From Girardia tigrina (taxonomy: Eukaryota), in NCBI GenBank assembly GCA_001938485.1, contig MQRK01249966.1, positions 1 through 50,769 of the forward strand: DNA of 50,769 nucleotides. The letters run 5' to 3'. The position numbers and the translations under genes were made by a program. The notes under the pieces were generated by a model. It did no database searches. It worked only from the letters and a program-made list of their open reading frames with translations, and was not told where the DNA came from. This document shows, in pieces, positions 1-13,232 of the stretch (within the stretch, counting starts at the first letter, position 1; each line of letters opens with the position of its first letter).

Positions 1-200
1 CATGTGGGGAGAAGCCCCATTTTTCCCCTACTAAGCACAGTTTTTTCATTCTAGATTGAGATTTTTCAATAATTTACATTAATTTAATATAAAAAACACT
101 GAATATTTTGGCTGTTATATGAATTACACGTCTTGAAAATTTATTTGAGATTTAACTCTATATAAATTATACCCGTCTTACATGACGGGTGATTTACTAG
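1..200 (+). mobile_element. Helitron 3' end (non-autonomous; 5' end outside window or unrecognised)
   Basis: Hairpin ACCCGTC-ttacat-GACGGGT (171-190), then CTAG (197-200) followed by T; a near-identical terminus occurs at 18827-18856. Confidence 0.7.
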
Positions 201-302
201 TATTAAATATTTAATTATATTTGTTTAAAGGTAGTTATTTTGATATAATATACATTTTTAAAATTGTACTTATTTTTTGCTTATGAACCAAAATAACGAC
301 AC

Positions 303-750
303 TAGTGTCAGAAGCGTGGCTGAGACCAGCCACATCCAAGTCAGAATTCCATCATATTTTAAGAATATCGTACCCAAGAATAGATCACCCAAGTTGAAGC
401 CGCTTTCGAACTGGCAAATATTTCCAGTCAAAGGACGAAATATTTTCATATCCTAACCAGCCTGCCTCCTGACATTCTCAAAACACTGACGACAGCCATG
501 GATCCATTATGCAGTTAAACGTACGAGAAGTTAAAACAGGCCTTACTCAAGGAACACTCAATGACAGCAGCTCAGGCCTTGCGTCGCGAAACAGAACTTG
601 GAATGGACCATCAACTCAAACCTACCCGATTACTGGAAGAACAAAAGAAATGCCATTGAGTAATCCAGCCCAACGTCAATCTTGATAAATGTGAATTCCT
701 CAAACAACAGTTCCTAGCTGCTCTTCCAGTTTCTATCCGAATTTTCCTTC
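303..750 (+). pseudogene. Gypsy LTR-retrotransposon PBS plus degraded gag fragment
   Basis: TAGTGTCAGAAGCG resembles a tRNA-Leu PBS (TGGTGTCAGAAG). Translation from 498 gives YEKLKQALLKEHSMTAAQALRRETELGMDHQLKPTRLL...FLKQQFLAALP, a Gypsy gag pattern with stops. Confidence 0.55.
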
Positions 751-1587
751 TATGATTTTGTATGAAAGAAGTCCGTTATGGAGAACCATCATCCAGACCA
801 TAACACTACCCCCTTTACATTGGCGCTTTTAACGAGTATATTTTCGATTTTTTGTACATTTGTTCTCCAATCGTCTGGCCCATCCAATGTGAATCTTTTC
901 TCATCCGTAAATATTGTCGTTTCCCAACTATGGTTTTCGTTAATTCATCTAGAAATATGATCAATTCTATCATTCTTCTGCTTCCTTTAATTTTTTGATA
1001 TTTGTAACCTACATCTTTCAGATGTCTTTGTACTGTCCGAGTTGAACAATTTAAATCGCATTCTGCAATCAATTTGGACGAATTAATTTTTTGAAAATTT
1101 GACTGCAATTGTTCTATCGTCCTCTTAATTGATAACTTCATATTTTTTGTTAATTTTTGTCGCGGTCCTGTTTTCTTGAGACATCTTTTTATATCGACAA
1201 AGATTAATTGCCGAATTTCTAGAAATCTCTGAATAACTCAACCCTTCCGTTTCCCACTTCCTTGCCAAATGTCTTTCAAAATTACTTCGCATTTCTGTCT
1301 AGAATTTAAGAAAATATCTGTATATTTATAAATAATAACAATTAAACTGGGCAAATCGCTTAATAAAATAAAAAATCTTACTGCTTTTTAAAAAAATATG
1401 TTGACTTTGAATTTTTGCGTAATAAATAAATTTAAATAATTTAAACAAAATGCTTTATCCATTTCCATTTATACTAAACATAACACTTGACAAAATTATT
1501 TGATTCACTACATTCATTACTCAAAATAATGTTTATTTTCTTTTATTTCTTAAATAATACAAGTGTTTTAAAAAATTTGTTGCTCAG
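750..1587 (-). mobile_element. Truncated Tc3/Tc1-like transposon (5' half, frameshifted)
   Basis: HTH CSTRTVQRHLK and DEKRFTLDGPDDW on the minus strand; same family type as 21161-22665; probable terminus TA|CTGAGCAAC at 1587. Confidence 0.8.
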
Positions 1588-1889
1588 TATATATACCTAT
1601 ATAGAAAGTGAGTTAATAAAAAGAAAGGGAAAAAAGACATGCAACATTCAATATTGAAATATGAAATCATATTTAAAAGTACTCATCAAAACGATATAAA
1701 ATATTTTATGAAAAATGTTGTTAAATAAAAAATAAATAAATTTTTTTCTAAATTTACTGGAATCCGTTCCCATATCATAACCAAACAAAAAACTAATTAA
1801 ATGATTTTTAATAATAATATTTCTTAAAATTATTATCCGCGCCCAAACGTGCCAGCATCCAAACGTCCTGCTTCGGAAAAACTATTTGA

Positions 1890-1981
1890 AAAATTAGAGC
1901 GACATGTTCCATTAGACCGACATGATGACCACCATTCGAAACAATAGACCGAAATGTTGCTCTATTAGAAGAAAAACGGTA
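1890..1981. repeat. pogo-family terminal fragment related to 43993-45106
   Basis: Shares TAGAGCGACATG and TAGACCGACAT subterminal motifs and ends TATTAGAAGAAAAACGG|TA like the 45106 terminus. Confidence 0.6.
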
Positions 1982-2430
1982 TACTGTTCATTTGAAATTT
2001 AAGGTTTAAACGAACCATTTCCACAGGTATTAATGAACCAAATTAAATCATTGTTAAAGTATTGATTTCACAAACAGATAATATTAATGTATTTAATTGA
2101 ATTTTATAGTAAAACTTATTTCTTATTTTGTGTAAAACATTTAATTTTATTCTAATTTCAGAGAATTTCTTCAAATGCTGGAATATTATATGAATTTGAT
2201 AATTGAAAATCATTGATAATTGAAATGTTTATGAACAAATAAAATATAATTCGTCAGAGTCATTTATTAACAATTAAAGCAATTATCACTAAATAAAGAT
2301 CATTTTACGTAGTGCTCGACAATATTAAATATCCAGTCAAACAATCATATGTATAAATTAGTAAACAAGTAATAAGCTCAAAATATGACACAATAGTTAC
2401 AAAATAGTTTAAAGAAAGCAAAGTAAATTA

Positions 2431-5400
2431 TCAGCATTTTTTGATGTTTTTATTTTCCAGTATAGTTTCTTCTTTGGTTATAAATTTCATATGATCTCTA
2501 AAATATCCAAACATAAACTATTATATTATTAGCGAATTATACATCATTCCTATTGGTATATCTTTGTATGACTGGAGATTTTTGAGAATGAATTGTGAAT
2601 ATCGGGGTGACTTTTTCCACACATAATAAAAAAATATCAATTCCCAGAATTGTCGATTCTGAAACTGTTCAAACTTAAATAATGAAACACGAATTAAAAT
2701 ATACTATTTCGTTTGATTCTAGATAACACCTAAAGTTTTTATTATGCTTCAGAAAATTCTTTTCGAATTCTCTACATTCAGCAATTGAGAGCTTTTTTGG
2801 TTCTCTGGAGATTTTAACTGTTGAAAGAAAAGTATATAAAATTTTACAATTCAAATAAATATAAACAAGTAAAATATAAAAAAAGAATGATAAAAACTTA
2901 TGTATTTGACGAAAGAAAATATTTTGCTTATCATATCTTAAAATTAATTTGCCTATAAATTTAAGTGAAAAATCAGATAGACGTACTAATAATGTACAGA
3001 ATTATGTAAGTTTATTTTCTGATCATGTGAAAAAATATCGTTTTTGTGAGAAATTTTGATATAAAAAATATGAAAATAGATATAAATAGTAAAAAAGATT
3101 GGAGAAATTTATTTAAAATTAAGTTTATTATAGCATTTTCATAATGAAAATGATATTTTGTTAATAAATATTTTTTGAAAACTTAAAGATTTGATATACT
3201 TTTATAATAAAAAATTTAACAAAAACAATTCAGATTGTGAGGAATATTTTAAATTGTTTGAATATGTAAATGTATTGATGTTGTATGTTGATTTAAGTAT
3301 GTTGAATTTAGAATGGTGATTCTCCCATCCAGATGGAAATTGGTATTTTTTTATTTAAATTTAAAGTGATTGACTATTCGAACATAATTAAAATAATCAT
3401 TTTATAAGTTCATATTTTTAATTTCACAAATTAAAATTAAGTTTAATAATTTTTAGTAAAATTTAAATTAAATACATTTTTAATAATTTGATGACATTTT
3501 TATTATTTTTGGATTTATTGAGAAATTGTAAAAATTATTATTTTTTAATTAATATTTTTAGAGGTTAAATATTTTAAAAAATAACTTAGAAAATATTTAA
3601 CATATTTAAAATAACTTAGAAGGATGACAAACGATGAAAGACTTTCTGAGAGTCATAATGACTCTAAATGTGATTGTAATAAATATTCAAACGAGACTTA
3701 ATGTTCTTAATACAAATAAAATATAAAAAATATACTAAAAAAGAGATTGTTTAAATTAAAGAAGCCAAAAACATATTCCTTCTTACATGTATAAACCATC
3801 CTTCACAATGAAGAGAAATCATATTTGATATCGCTTCCATTATGCTATTCCCTTAATCAAGCTCTCTCTACGAGTAAGCTTCTTACACATGTTTTTTTAC
3901 TAAAGCTGAATTCTATCGGGTTTAACATATATGAATGCGGCGATAGATACTTCGTCAATGATATTAGTGTTTCACAGGCAGTTCTTGTTTCATTTAAAAC
4001 GTGTGCTCTAGCATTATCCGTATGAAAGCACACATCATTGATTTCCAATCTATTTACTACAATTTCGTTTAATTCTCTTAAAAATTCAACAAAAATTTTT
4101 CTTACAAGAACCAGAAAATATTTCATAATGTATTATTCCAGTGTTGTTTATTGCAACCAAGAGTCGTATTTGTTCCTCTTACTGCCGGAACTGTTACATT
4201 GACCCTTGTTCCACGTGGTGATCATCCAAAATTTCTCCTAAGGTGTAGATTAAAACCACACTCATCAATGAAAATATTTTTACGATCAATAAATCGAAGC
4301 ATTTGATAAAAATTCGATTGCATAAGTCTTTCGTAAGGCCAATCTGTCTGAATCATTTACACGATCCAGAATAAGACTGACTCTTTTTTAGCGTGATTTT
4401 AAGACCACGCAAATAGTTATGAATGGTCGTTAATGACAAAACAGCAACTTTATGTCCTTTGCATTCTCTTTTTAAATTCTCGAGAGTTATTGAACAATCT
4501 ATTTCGATCATTCTCTCGATGAATTGACCAATTTCTATATCGATTTTTTATGAGGTTTTCCTTGGATATTATTTTTTACAATTCTACTTGAATCTTTATA
4601 AACTTTTATAACCATTGAAACAGTCGATCTATCTATATAAATATCTTGAGAAACTTTAGTGATTGTTTCACCAAAGAAAATAACCTTTTCAATTATTAAT
4701 CTATTGGGTTGTTGCGTAAGTTCCCACCGTTACATGAAACTATTTATTCTACAAAGACTTTTTGATGTTTGGCAAAGTGTTATATACCATTAGAAAGCCC
4801 GTACTATGCTCTACAAGATTAAAGTAATCGTTTTTGTCTATATTATTTTTTTGCCTTTTTTAGAACCGTCAAATGGATTGTCAAGTCGACAAAAAATCGC
4901 ATTTTCGATACCTCCTTCTTTTCGCCTTTAATCGAGGTCAAAAATCGAGTGAAGCTAACAGAGATATTTGTGCCGTGTATGGAGAAGACGCTTTAGCTGA
5001 GAGAACTGCTCGTGATTGGTTTGCCAGGTTCAAACACGATAATTTCGACCTCAACGACGCTCCTCGTTCCGGAAGACCAGTCGAGATGGACAAGGACCAA
5101 CTCGGAGATCTTTTGAAGGAAGATGGCTGCCAGACATGCAGAGAATTGGCCGAAAACATGAATTGTGATTTTGCGACAATTTCACGCCATCTTCAGTCGA
5201 TGGGTTTCACTCAAAAGCTTGGAGCTGGGGTCCCGCACGAACTCACCCAAAAACAGAAGGATAAGCGGCTTTCCTTTGCTACTCAAAATCTCGCTCGACA
5301 CCAAGGAACCCATGGCCACAGGCAACGTTTCTTATACAGAATCGTCACTGGAGACGAGAAATGGTGTCTCTATATGAATATGAAACAAAGGAAAGAGTGG

Positions 5401-8400
5401 GTGAGTCCTGGAGAGAAGCCTAAGCCCAGGATCAAGAAAGACCTGCACCCGATGAAGACAATGATTTGCGTATAGTGGGATTGGGAAGGTCTAATCCACT
5501 GGGAAATGCTTGGAAAGAACATGACAGTAGAAAAGAATCTCTATAAAGCTAAATTACATCGAGTCAATGAGGCAATTCAACAAAAAAGACCGGATCGATA
5601 AGGCCAGGTGATCCTCCTCAATGACAATGCTCGACCACACACCGCAAAAACTGTCAAGATGGCACTCCAAGAGCTCGATTGGGAGGTTATTCAACATGCT
5701 CCCTATTCCCCAGACCTCGCCCCGACGGATTACCATCTCTTCCGCTGCCTTTCAAATGAAATGAGGGGTCTTAGCTTCGAAAATCAGGATCATCTTGAGA
5801 ATTGGCTCAACAACTTCTTCGAGACTCGGACCTAAGGATTTCTGGCGAAATGGAATCAAAAAACTGGTGGAAAGATGGGAAGAAGTAGTGAACAATGAAG
5901 GGAGAGTACATAATTGATTGAAGTGTTATGATTTTTGCTGTTAAAATTTTATGATTTCATTAAATATATAATTAACTGAGTCATTATTTTGGTTGTTAAA
6001 ATTCTTCGATTTCTTTGAAAATAAATGTTTAAAAAACGGCGGGAACTTATGCAACAACCCAATACTTATTTCGTTTGGTAAATGATTTCTAGTATTATTT
6101 AACGCTCTATACATTGGATTAAAAGAATACAAAAAGATATATATTTATTAATAGACTAAATTATTCTTTAAAAAATATTTATTTACAAAATTTCAATTTA
6201 TTTTCAAAAACGTCAATTTCATTTTAAAAACCGTCAATTTCATTCTGAAAATACTATATAAAGTTAAAATTTGATATATTTTTCGAAAAATGGAAATAAT
6301 TAATTTTAACTAATTAATCAATGAGCTAGTAAATTGTTAAGATAAATATAAATATTGGTATAAAGATCTACGTAATTATTCAAGAGGAAATAAAATTTTC
6401 TTGTTGTCCTAAAACTACATCTGCCAATATTTAATAAATTTATATCACAAATAATTTTTAGTAAATGACAAATTGCAATTTGAAATTTCGCAATATTTAT
6501 GTAATTTATGTAATAATCTTAAATATCCATATAAAACATTACAAAGTTTCGAAAAAAAATCACATATCGCACACTTTTTATTGTTGATTAACCAATTTTA
6601 CAATAATGTCTGACTCATTGCAAGTTTTAATTTGAGAAAAAAAGTTAACCTGGATACTATACAGCCATTACTCATTTTCGTTAAGAAAATTTAGAATTTA
6701 CACTATTTTATAACAAAATACATTACATAATAAAATTCTAAAGGTTTGTAATTCAAATTACTAGCACGAGTTGTGGTAAAAAAAGTAAGGAAAATATTTA
6801 TTAATGAAACGGTATTCTTGCCGCCTTTATAAGTACGACCAGCTGCAGCATTATAATAGTTTACACATTTGAACTAACAACAATGATCCTATTCTGATAC
6901 TAAATTATCACAAGATACTGCAACACTTACACTGCAAAAATGATCAGATTCAGTCTGTTTATTCAGATGTTTTATTTTGAAAAAAGAATACTTATTAAAT
7001 GAGCGTGTAACTAGAGAGAAACTTTAAGACTCAAAGTAGAATACTATTTTTTCACATCCATGAATTTTGAAATTTTCACAATTATAAGCTTTTCTATTCT
7101 TCTGACATCTCGGATGTAAATATAAAATTCCTTAAAATTTTTCCAAATATTCTACGAGCCTACATTAAACTCGATAATATTTTTAAAGTCACAGGTCGCA
7201 GGATTAGACTTTTATCCTTCCTCTTATTATTAGAACTCTGATTTAAATTCGTCATCATGTAACCGAATATCAAAAATCCAAGATACAAAAAAGTAATAAT
7301 AATAGAAAAATAAATAATCTAAATAATTGCTAAATTTATTTTTATCATTTGAATAAGAATTCAGCTAATTTTGTCTATTTTATGCGTAAGAAATTTACAT
7401 GGACTTCATTTAAAATGAGAAGCCTCATCTCTCATTCTAAGATTTGTAGCCTTCAAAACCCAAAAGTATTTTTGATAACTCAAGGTAATGATTAAGAGAA
7501 AAAGCTTAAAAAAATAAATATATTTTAATCTATTTTGTTTTAATTTGTTCTATCGATCGAATTTATAATATTTTGCTAATATTATACTTAATGATAAACT
7601 TCGAAACGAGTCATGTTTTGATTGGAATGACGTTCGCAATTAACGCTTTTATGGTCAATTACAATTGCAAGTAGATATTAAATATAAAAACTTTAATTTA
7701 TTTAATTTAGCAATATCTTGTTGATCGAAATTTACTACAGCACTGACTCAATAATTTCTGAAGATCCGAAGAATTTTACAACTGAATACCTCAATTCGTT
7801 GACACCATCAGGAATGTCTCCTGTACTGGTACTCAGAAAAGAACAATAATAATGTTGCTTAGAAATCTGAATCCTAATAAAGGACTGTTCAATGGAACAT
7901 GATTTATAGTAGAAATACAATACAACTTTTAAGAAATACAATTATTGCATGTATTGCATGTATTCACAGTGTAATTATGAAGAAATACGAATTACCCTTG
8001 CACTACAAGATAAAACTCTGACATTTATTCTAAGAAGACATCAGTTTCCAGTCATGCCAGCATTTTGTATTACTATATATAAGTCACAGTAACAAACGTG
8101 ACAAAGGAGGAATAGATTTGGAACAACTTGTCCTTTGTTCAGGGCCAGATATGTGTTACGTATTCAAGAGGTCGAAATTCTAACACTATCAAAGTCAAAG
8201 TGTCTCAAATACCAGAGCAAGACAAGCTAATGAAGGATGATCGAGAATTCACGAGTAATTTCGTTCATAATAAGATAATCAAAATGTAAAAATGAAAACA
8301 AATATTAATGAGACTTTAAAAAATAAACGTGATTTTTATTCAAGTGAAATTACGGGACGGGGGACTAGCCGCTGAAAACCTACTAGTGCCTCATTAATCC

Positions 8401-11400
8401 AAATTTATACTTTAAGTTTTAAATATTAAGTTTCGGATTTTAAAGCGATTATTAATCTGCCATCTTGGTAAGAGAGAATTCCAAATCAACATACAACATT
8501 CAAACACAAAACATCAAACATTCCTCACAGAGATCATTTAGAATCACCATCGAAATTTCATTTGCTTTATTGATAATGCTGATGTTCGAGCAACTGATTT
8601 CGGCCATTTCGTGCCTACTTCGGACACCACTCCTTTCGATTTCTAACGTAATTTCGACAATTAGACAGGTTAAAAATGCTGTATTTTCTAAATTCTGAAC
8701 TTTCTTTGCTAATCTAGAAGTTTCAGCTGCATATTCATCGATTGAATCGAAATTAGATAGTTATATTTCCTCCAGTTTACGATATGCTTCGAGAGATCCC
8801 ATTCTATAAGCTGCATCTAAAGCTCAAAATGCTTCGGTCGTACTTTTTTGTGTCTCCGAAAGCATTTATCTGCTGAATTTCCGCCATCATTTAGAATTAC
8901 TTTCTTCATAACTATCATGAATTATTACCATTATTTTTTTACACTTGACATGCTAGGATAGGTTATAATATAAGACAAAATTATGATAATTAAATTTTAT
9001 TTCAAATACAAAAAATCCTTTTAAATATATATAACGAATCTTCAAACAAATATTGGTAGAAACTATTTTAACACTAGACTTACCAATCGGTCAAAATGAC
9101 CAGTTGTATCAATTGTTGACAAGATGTCTCTTTAAATTGTATTTAATATTTTATGATAATATTAGACTTTTTCTAATTTTATGTATTTAATAATATTCTA
9201 GATTATTTTGATTCCCCGTCGTACATTGATAAAGTTATACAAAACTGTTGGTAGTTCTAATGTTAATACATTTCCACAATTAATGTAATAATATTCCTAA
9301 GCTGTAGAGATGTTTCAACGTTCTTTTGCATTAAAACGAAACACAATATTCTTTGAAGTTAATCCAGCAGCATAAAATGAACTTGAAGAAATGATACATA
9401 AAAAGATATTATTTGTAAACAATAACATGTCTTATATACTTAAGAATACGTTTCAAATTATTCAACTTGATAAAGACATTCAAAATTAAATTAACTGACA
9501 TTTACAACAGAAGAAATGAGTACGTCATTTTTTCATGTTTAGATTGCAACATCTGCTGTGAAAATTCACCACAAATGAAGACTCCCTTTTTCCTATAATT
9601 TTCACATTTCTAGTTCGTTCTAGACAAAACTCATGTCAGGTATTTATGATCTCCAATCAGATTTATTAGGTTGAGGAATAAGTTCCCGCCGTTTTTTGAA
9701 TTCTTAATCAATTTTTAATCAATTTTATATTTAAATCAAATTTTTTGATATTATTTGAAAGCTATTGTTTTGCTCTAAAAAATGGTGTATTTTGTTTTTT
9801 ATTCAGATTAATTTTTGTCGATTTTTAGACCATTGAAATGGAGTGTCAAGTCGACAAAAAAGTTTGGTTGGCTGAATTCTTCGAGTCAAGACCGGGTGAT
9901 TTCTACAAAAGAGGCATTGAAAAACTCGTTGAACGTTGGGAAGAAGTCGTGAACAATGGCGGAGATTATGTTTGTGATTACTTTGTAGTAACTTTTTGTT
10001 AAAAAATAAAATTTTAATTTTTCAAAAAACGGCGGGAACTTATTCCTCAACCCAATACATTGTCTGTTTTATTTAAACAGTAATGATAATGATGTAAATT
10101 GTGGATTGTCCGCTTCGGACTATTTTGACAAAAATGGAACAATTAACATTAAACATTGGAATAATCGGGTAGATATTTAAATATAAAAAATATTTTCATA
10201 AATTTAATTTATTCATTTAAAAAATGTAAAATAAATATAATTACGCAGTGGCGTAATTTAATTTATGTCTGTGATCTATCTTCCAAAGAAAACCTCTCAG
10301 AAATGTCTTAATTATTCCGATGTTAACATTCCATAGTTATGTGAATTACCATGAGAATTTGTAAAATGTAGTACAGAAAAGTCTAAAAATAAGGTATACA
10401 AAAAATAAAAAGTCCGATGACTCCAGTTTCTAAGTAATTTGTTTTAATTCTAAAAAGCAGTTTCATTATTTTCGTCTATAATCACTAATACATGATACGA
10501 ATAGAGAATAATGCACCTCATTTTAATATTGTACGTTTTTTTAGTTCAAAAAAAAGTTTATAATGCTTTTATAAGGCTTTATCCTTAAGCAATGCATTAT
10601 TTTCTTAATGAGTGGCGACCCCACAGGTAACAAAATGCTAAGTAAAAATACTCCCTAACTTTAGGTTTTTTAAAAAAATGTTTACAATTAAATCGCTCCA
10701 TTACTTGTTTTTCTTAACAAAATAATTTAAAGAAAACATTTTTATAACGATACTTTTGGTAAGTCCTTTAAATGTCGTTATAAAGGTTTAATTGTAGAAT
10801 ATTTGATATCCTTCGAACGCTATTTAAATGTTCATTAAAGATATTTAATTTTACTTTATTCTGATTTTTTTCAGAAATACATTGTTAACACAATAAATAA
10901 TAGAAACTACACTCATGAATCATGAAAAAGCAGACCTGATTGAGCCGACTGAGTGTTGGAGTGAATCGTCATTTGAACAAGAGATTTCTCAATATTGTAA
11001 TTGTTCCTCATTAACAAATAGAGTGCCTTAAAACAAAATGCGAATAAAAATTAGACAAATGACAATACGATCTGCGGAAATTGTTACATATTGCACTCTC
11101 CCAAAAATTAAACGAAAAATATTATTAAAAACAATTTTCACTTTTATCGAAGAAAAATTTTGCTAATGACAATATATATATATATATATATACAATTAAA
11201 ACAAGAAAATACTGAAGAATACAAACAAATCATTAAAATTCCATATTCTGAAGGATTTAGAGCGTTTAAGAAGAGTATTTGTAGAACAATAAGTAGTGCT
11301 AAAGTAGTNNNNNNNNNNNNNNNNNNNNNNNNNNNNNNNNNNNNNNNNNNNNNNNNNNNNNNNNNNNNNNNNNNNNNNNNNNNNNNNNNNNNNNNNNNNN

Positions 11401-11943
11401 NNNNNNNNNNNNNNNNNNNNNNNNNNNNNNNNNNNNNNNNNNNNNNNNNNNNNNNNNNNNNNNNNNNNNNNNNNNNNNNNNNNNNNNNNNNNNNNNNNNN
11501 NNNNNNNNNNNNNNNNNNNNNNNNNNNNNNNNNNNNNNNNNNNNNNNNNNNNNNNNNNNNNNNNNNNNNNNNNNNNNNNNNNNNNNNNNNNNNNNNNNNN
11601 NNNNNNNNNNNNNNNNNNNNNNNNNNNNNNNNNNNNNNNNNNNNNNNNNNNNNNNNNNNNNNNNNNNNNNNNNNNNNNNNNNNNNNNNNNNNNNNNNNNN
11701 NNNNNNNNNNNNNNNNNNNNNNNNNNNNNNNNNNNNNNNNNNNNNNNNNNNNNNNNNNNNNNNNNNNNNNNNNNNNNNNNNNNNNNNNNNNNNNNNNNNN
11801 NNNNNNNNNNNNNNNNNNNNNNNNNNNNNNNNNNNNNNNNNNNNNNNNNNNNNNNNNNAAAATCGAAACATGTCCAATAGTTGTATTAAAAAAGCTTTAA
11901 TCAAATTATATTTTCGAAATACTAAACTTGCGTTCACAAGACT

Positions 11944-11975
<32 letters not shown>

Positions 11976-13181
11976 GACGACGCGTTTCGAAATAATAAAA
12001 ATCCCATCATCAGGTCACAAAATACACTACACAAGTACACAATATGGTAGCTTGCCGAACATAAATAAAATTTATCCAAAAAATTATTGGATGAAAATAA
12101 TTTTAAATTTCGAGAGCTCGAAACGCGTCGTCTTGTTTTTATCCCTATTATATAGATTTTACTTTGCAATGTATATATATATATATATATTTATATACAG
12201 TATGATTCATAAGTCTGTTCACCACCCTTATTTTTTGAGAAAAAGATCAAATTTTTAACAAAACATTTATTAGGTGGAACTTTCAATACTTAGTTGAATG
12301 TCCTTTCATGTCCTTTATCATTTTTAATCGCCTAGGCATGGATTCAACAAGACTTTTACAATAGTCTTTTGATAGTTCGTACCATATTTTTTGAACAGCC
12401 ATCCACAGCTGTTCTGATGATGTGCACCTTATCGTCTGTAATTTCCTTTTTAAAAGTCCCCATACATTTTCGATAGGATTAGCGTCTGGTGAATTTCCTG
12501 ACCATGGTAAAAGGTCGACTTCCTTTTTTTAAGAAATTAAATATCGACAGTGCACGGTGTGGTGGTGCAAGAAATGAATGAAATGGTGCTGAAAAATGAA
12601 TTGTTGTTTTGGAAATACCAAGCACTTTCCAATAATATCAATGTCATGTATTATTCCTGGTACATTTGAGCATTCATTGAACCTTCTACTTTTCTAAGAA
12701 GACCTACCCCGTTTGCCGAAAAGCACCCCCAGACATGAACTTTGGCTCCGTGGCTCATGGTTTCATGGATGTTTCCGAGTTTNAGCNTTTCATTTCTAGT
12801 TCGTCTGATCCAACGTCTACCACGATGATTATAACATTGGAAAATGCATTCATCGCTAAATATAACAGAATACCAAGTTTCTTTATCCCAATTTTGATAT
12901 AATGAAACCAACTGCATTCTTCTTTGTCTCTGTTTAGCGGTAAGGAAAGGTTTCTTTACAGCTTTGAATGCCCGTATTCCATATTTCTGTAAAATCCTGT
13001 CGATTGTCGACTTACTGACTCGATTTTTAGCTTTTGAAATTATTTTTCACAAACTGACATTTCCAGTAAAAGGTGAGAAGTGTTTTATTAAGCTTTGCGA
13101 AAAATTCAGAAGCTGATATATATATATATATNNNNNNNNNNNNNNNNNNNNNNNNNNNNNNNNNNNNNNNNNNNNNNNNNN

Positions 13182-13232
<51 letters not shown>

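Noticed and set aside
11160-11946. Long ORFs of 246 and 215 aa in the ORF track
   Set aside because: Their length comes from translating the N gap; the same applies to ORFs at 13095, 14320 and 31691
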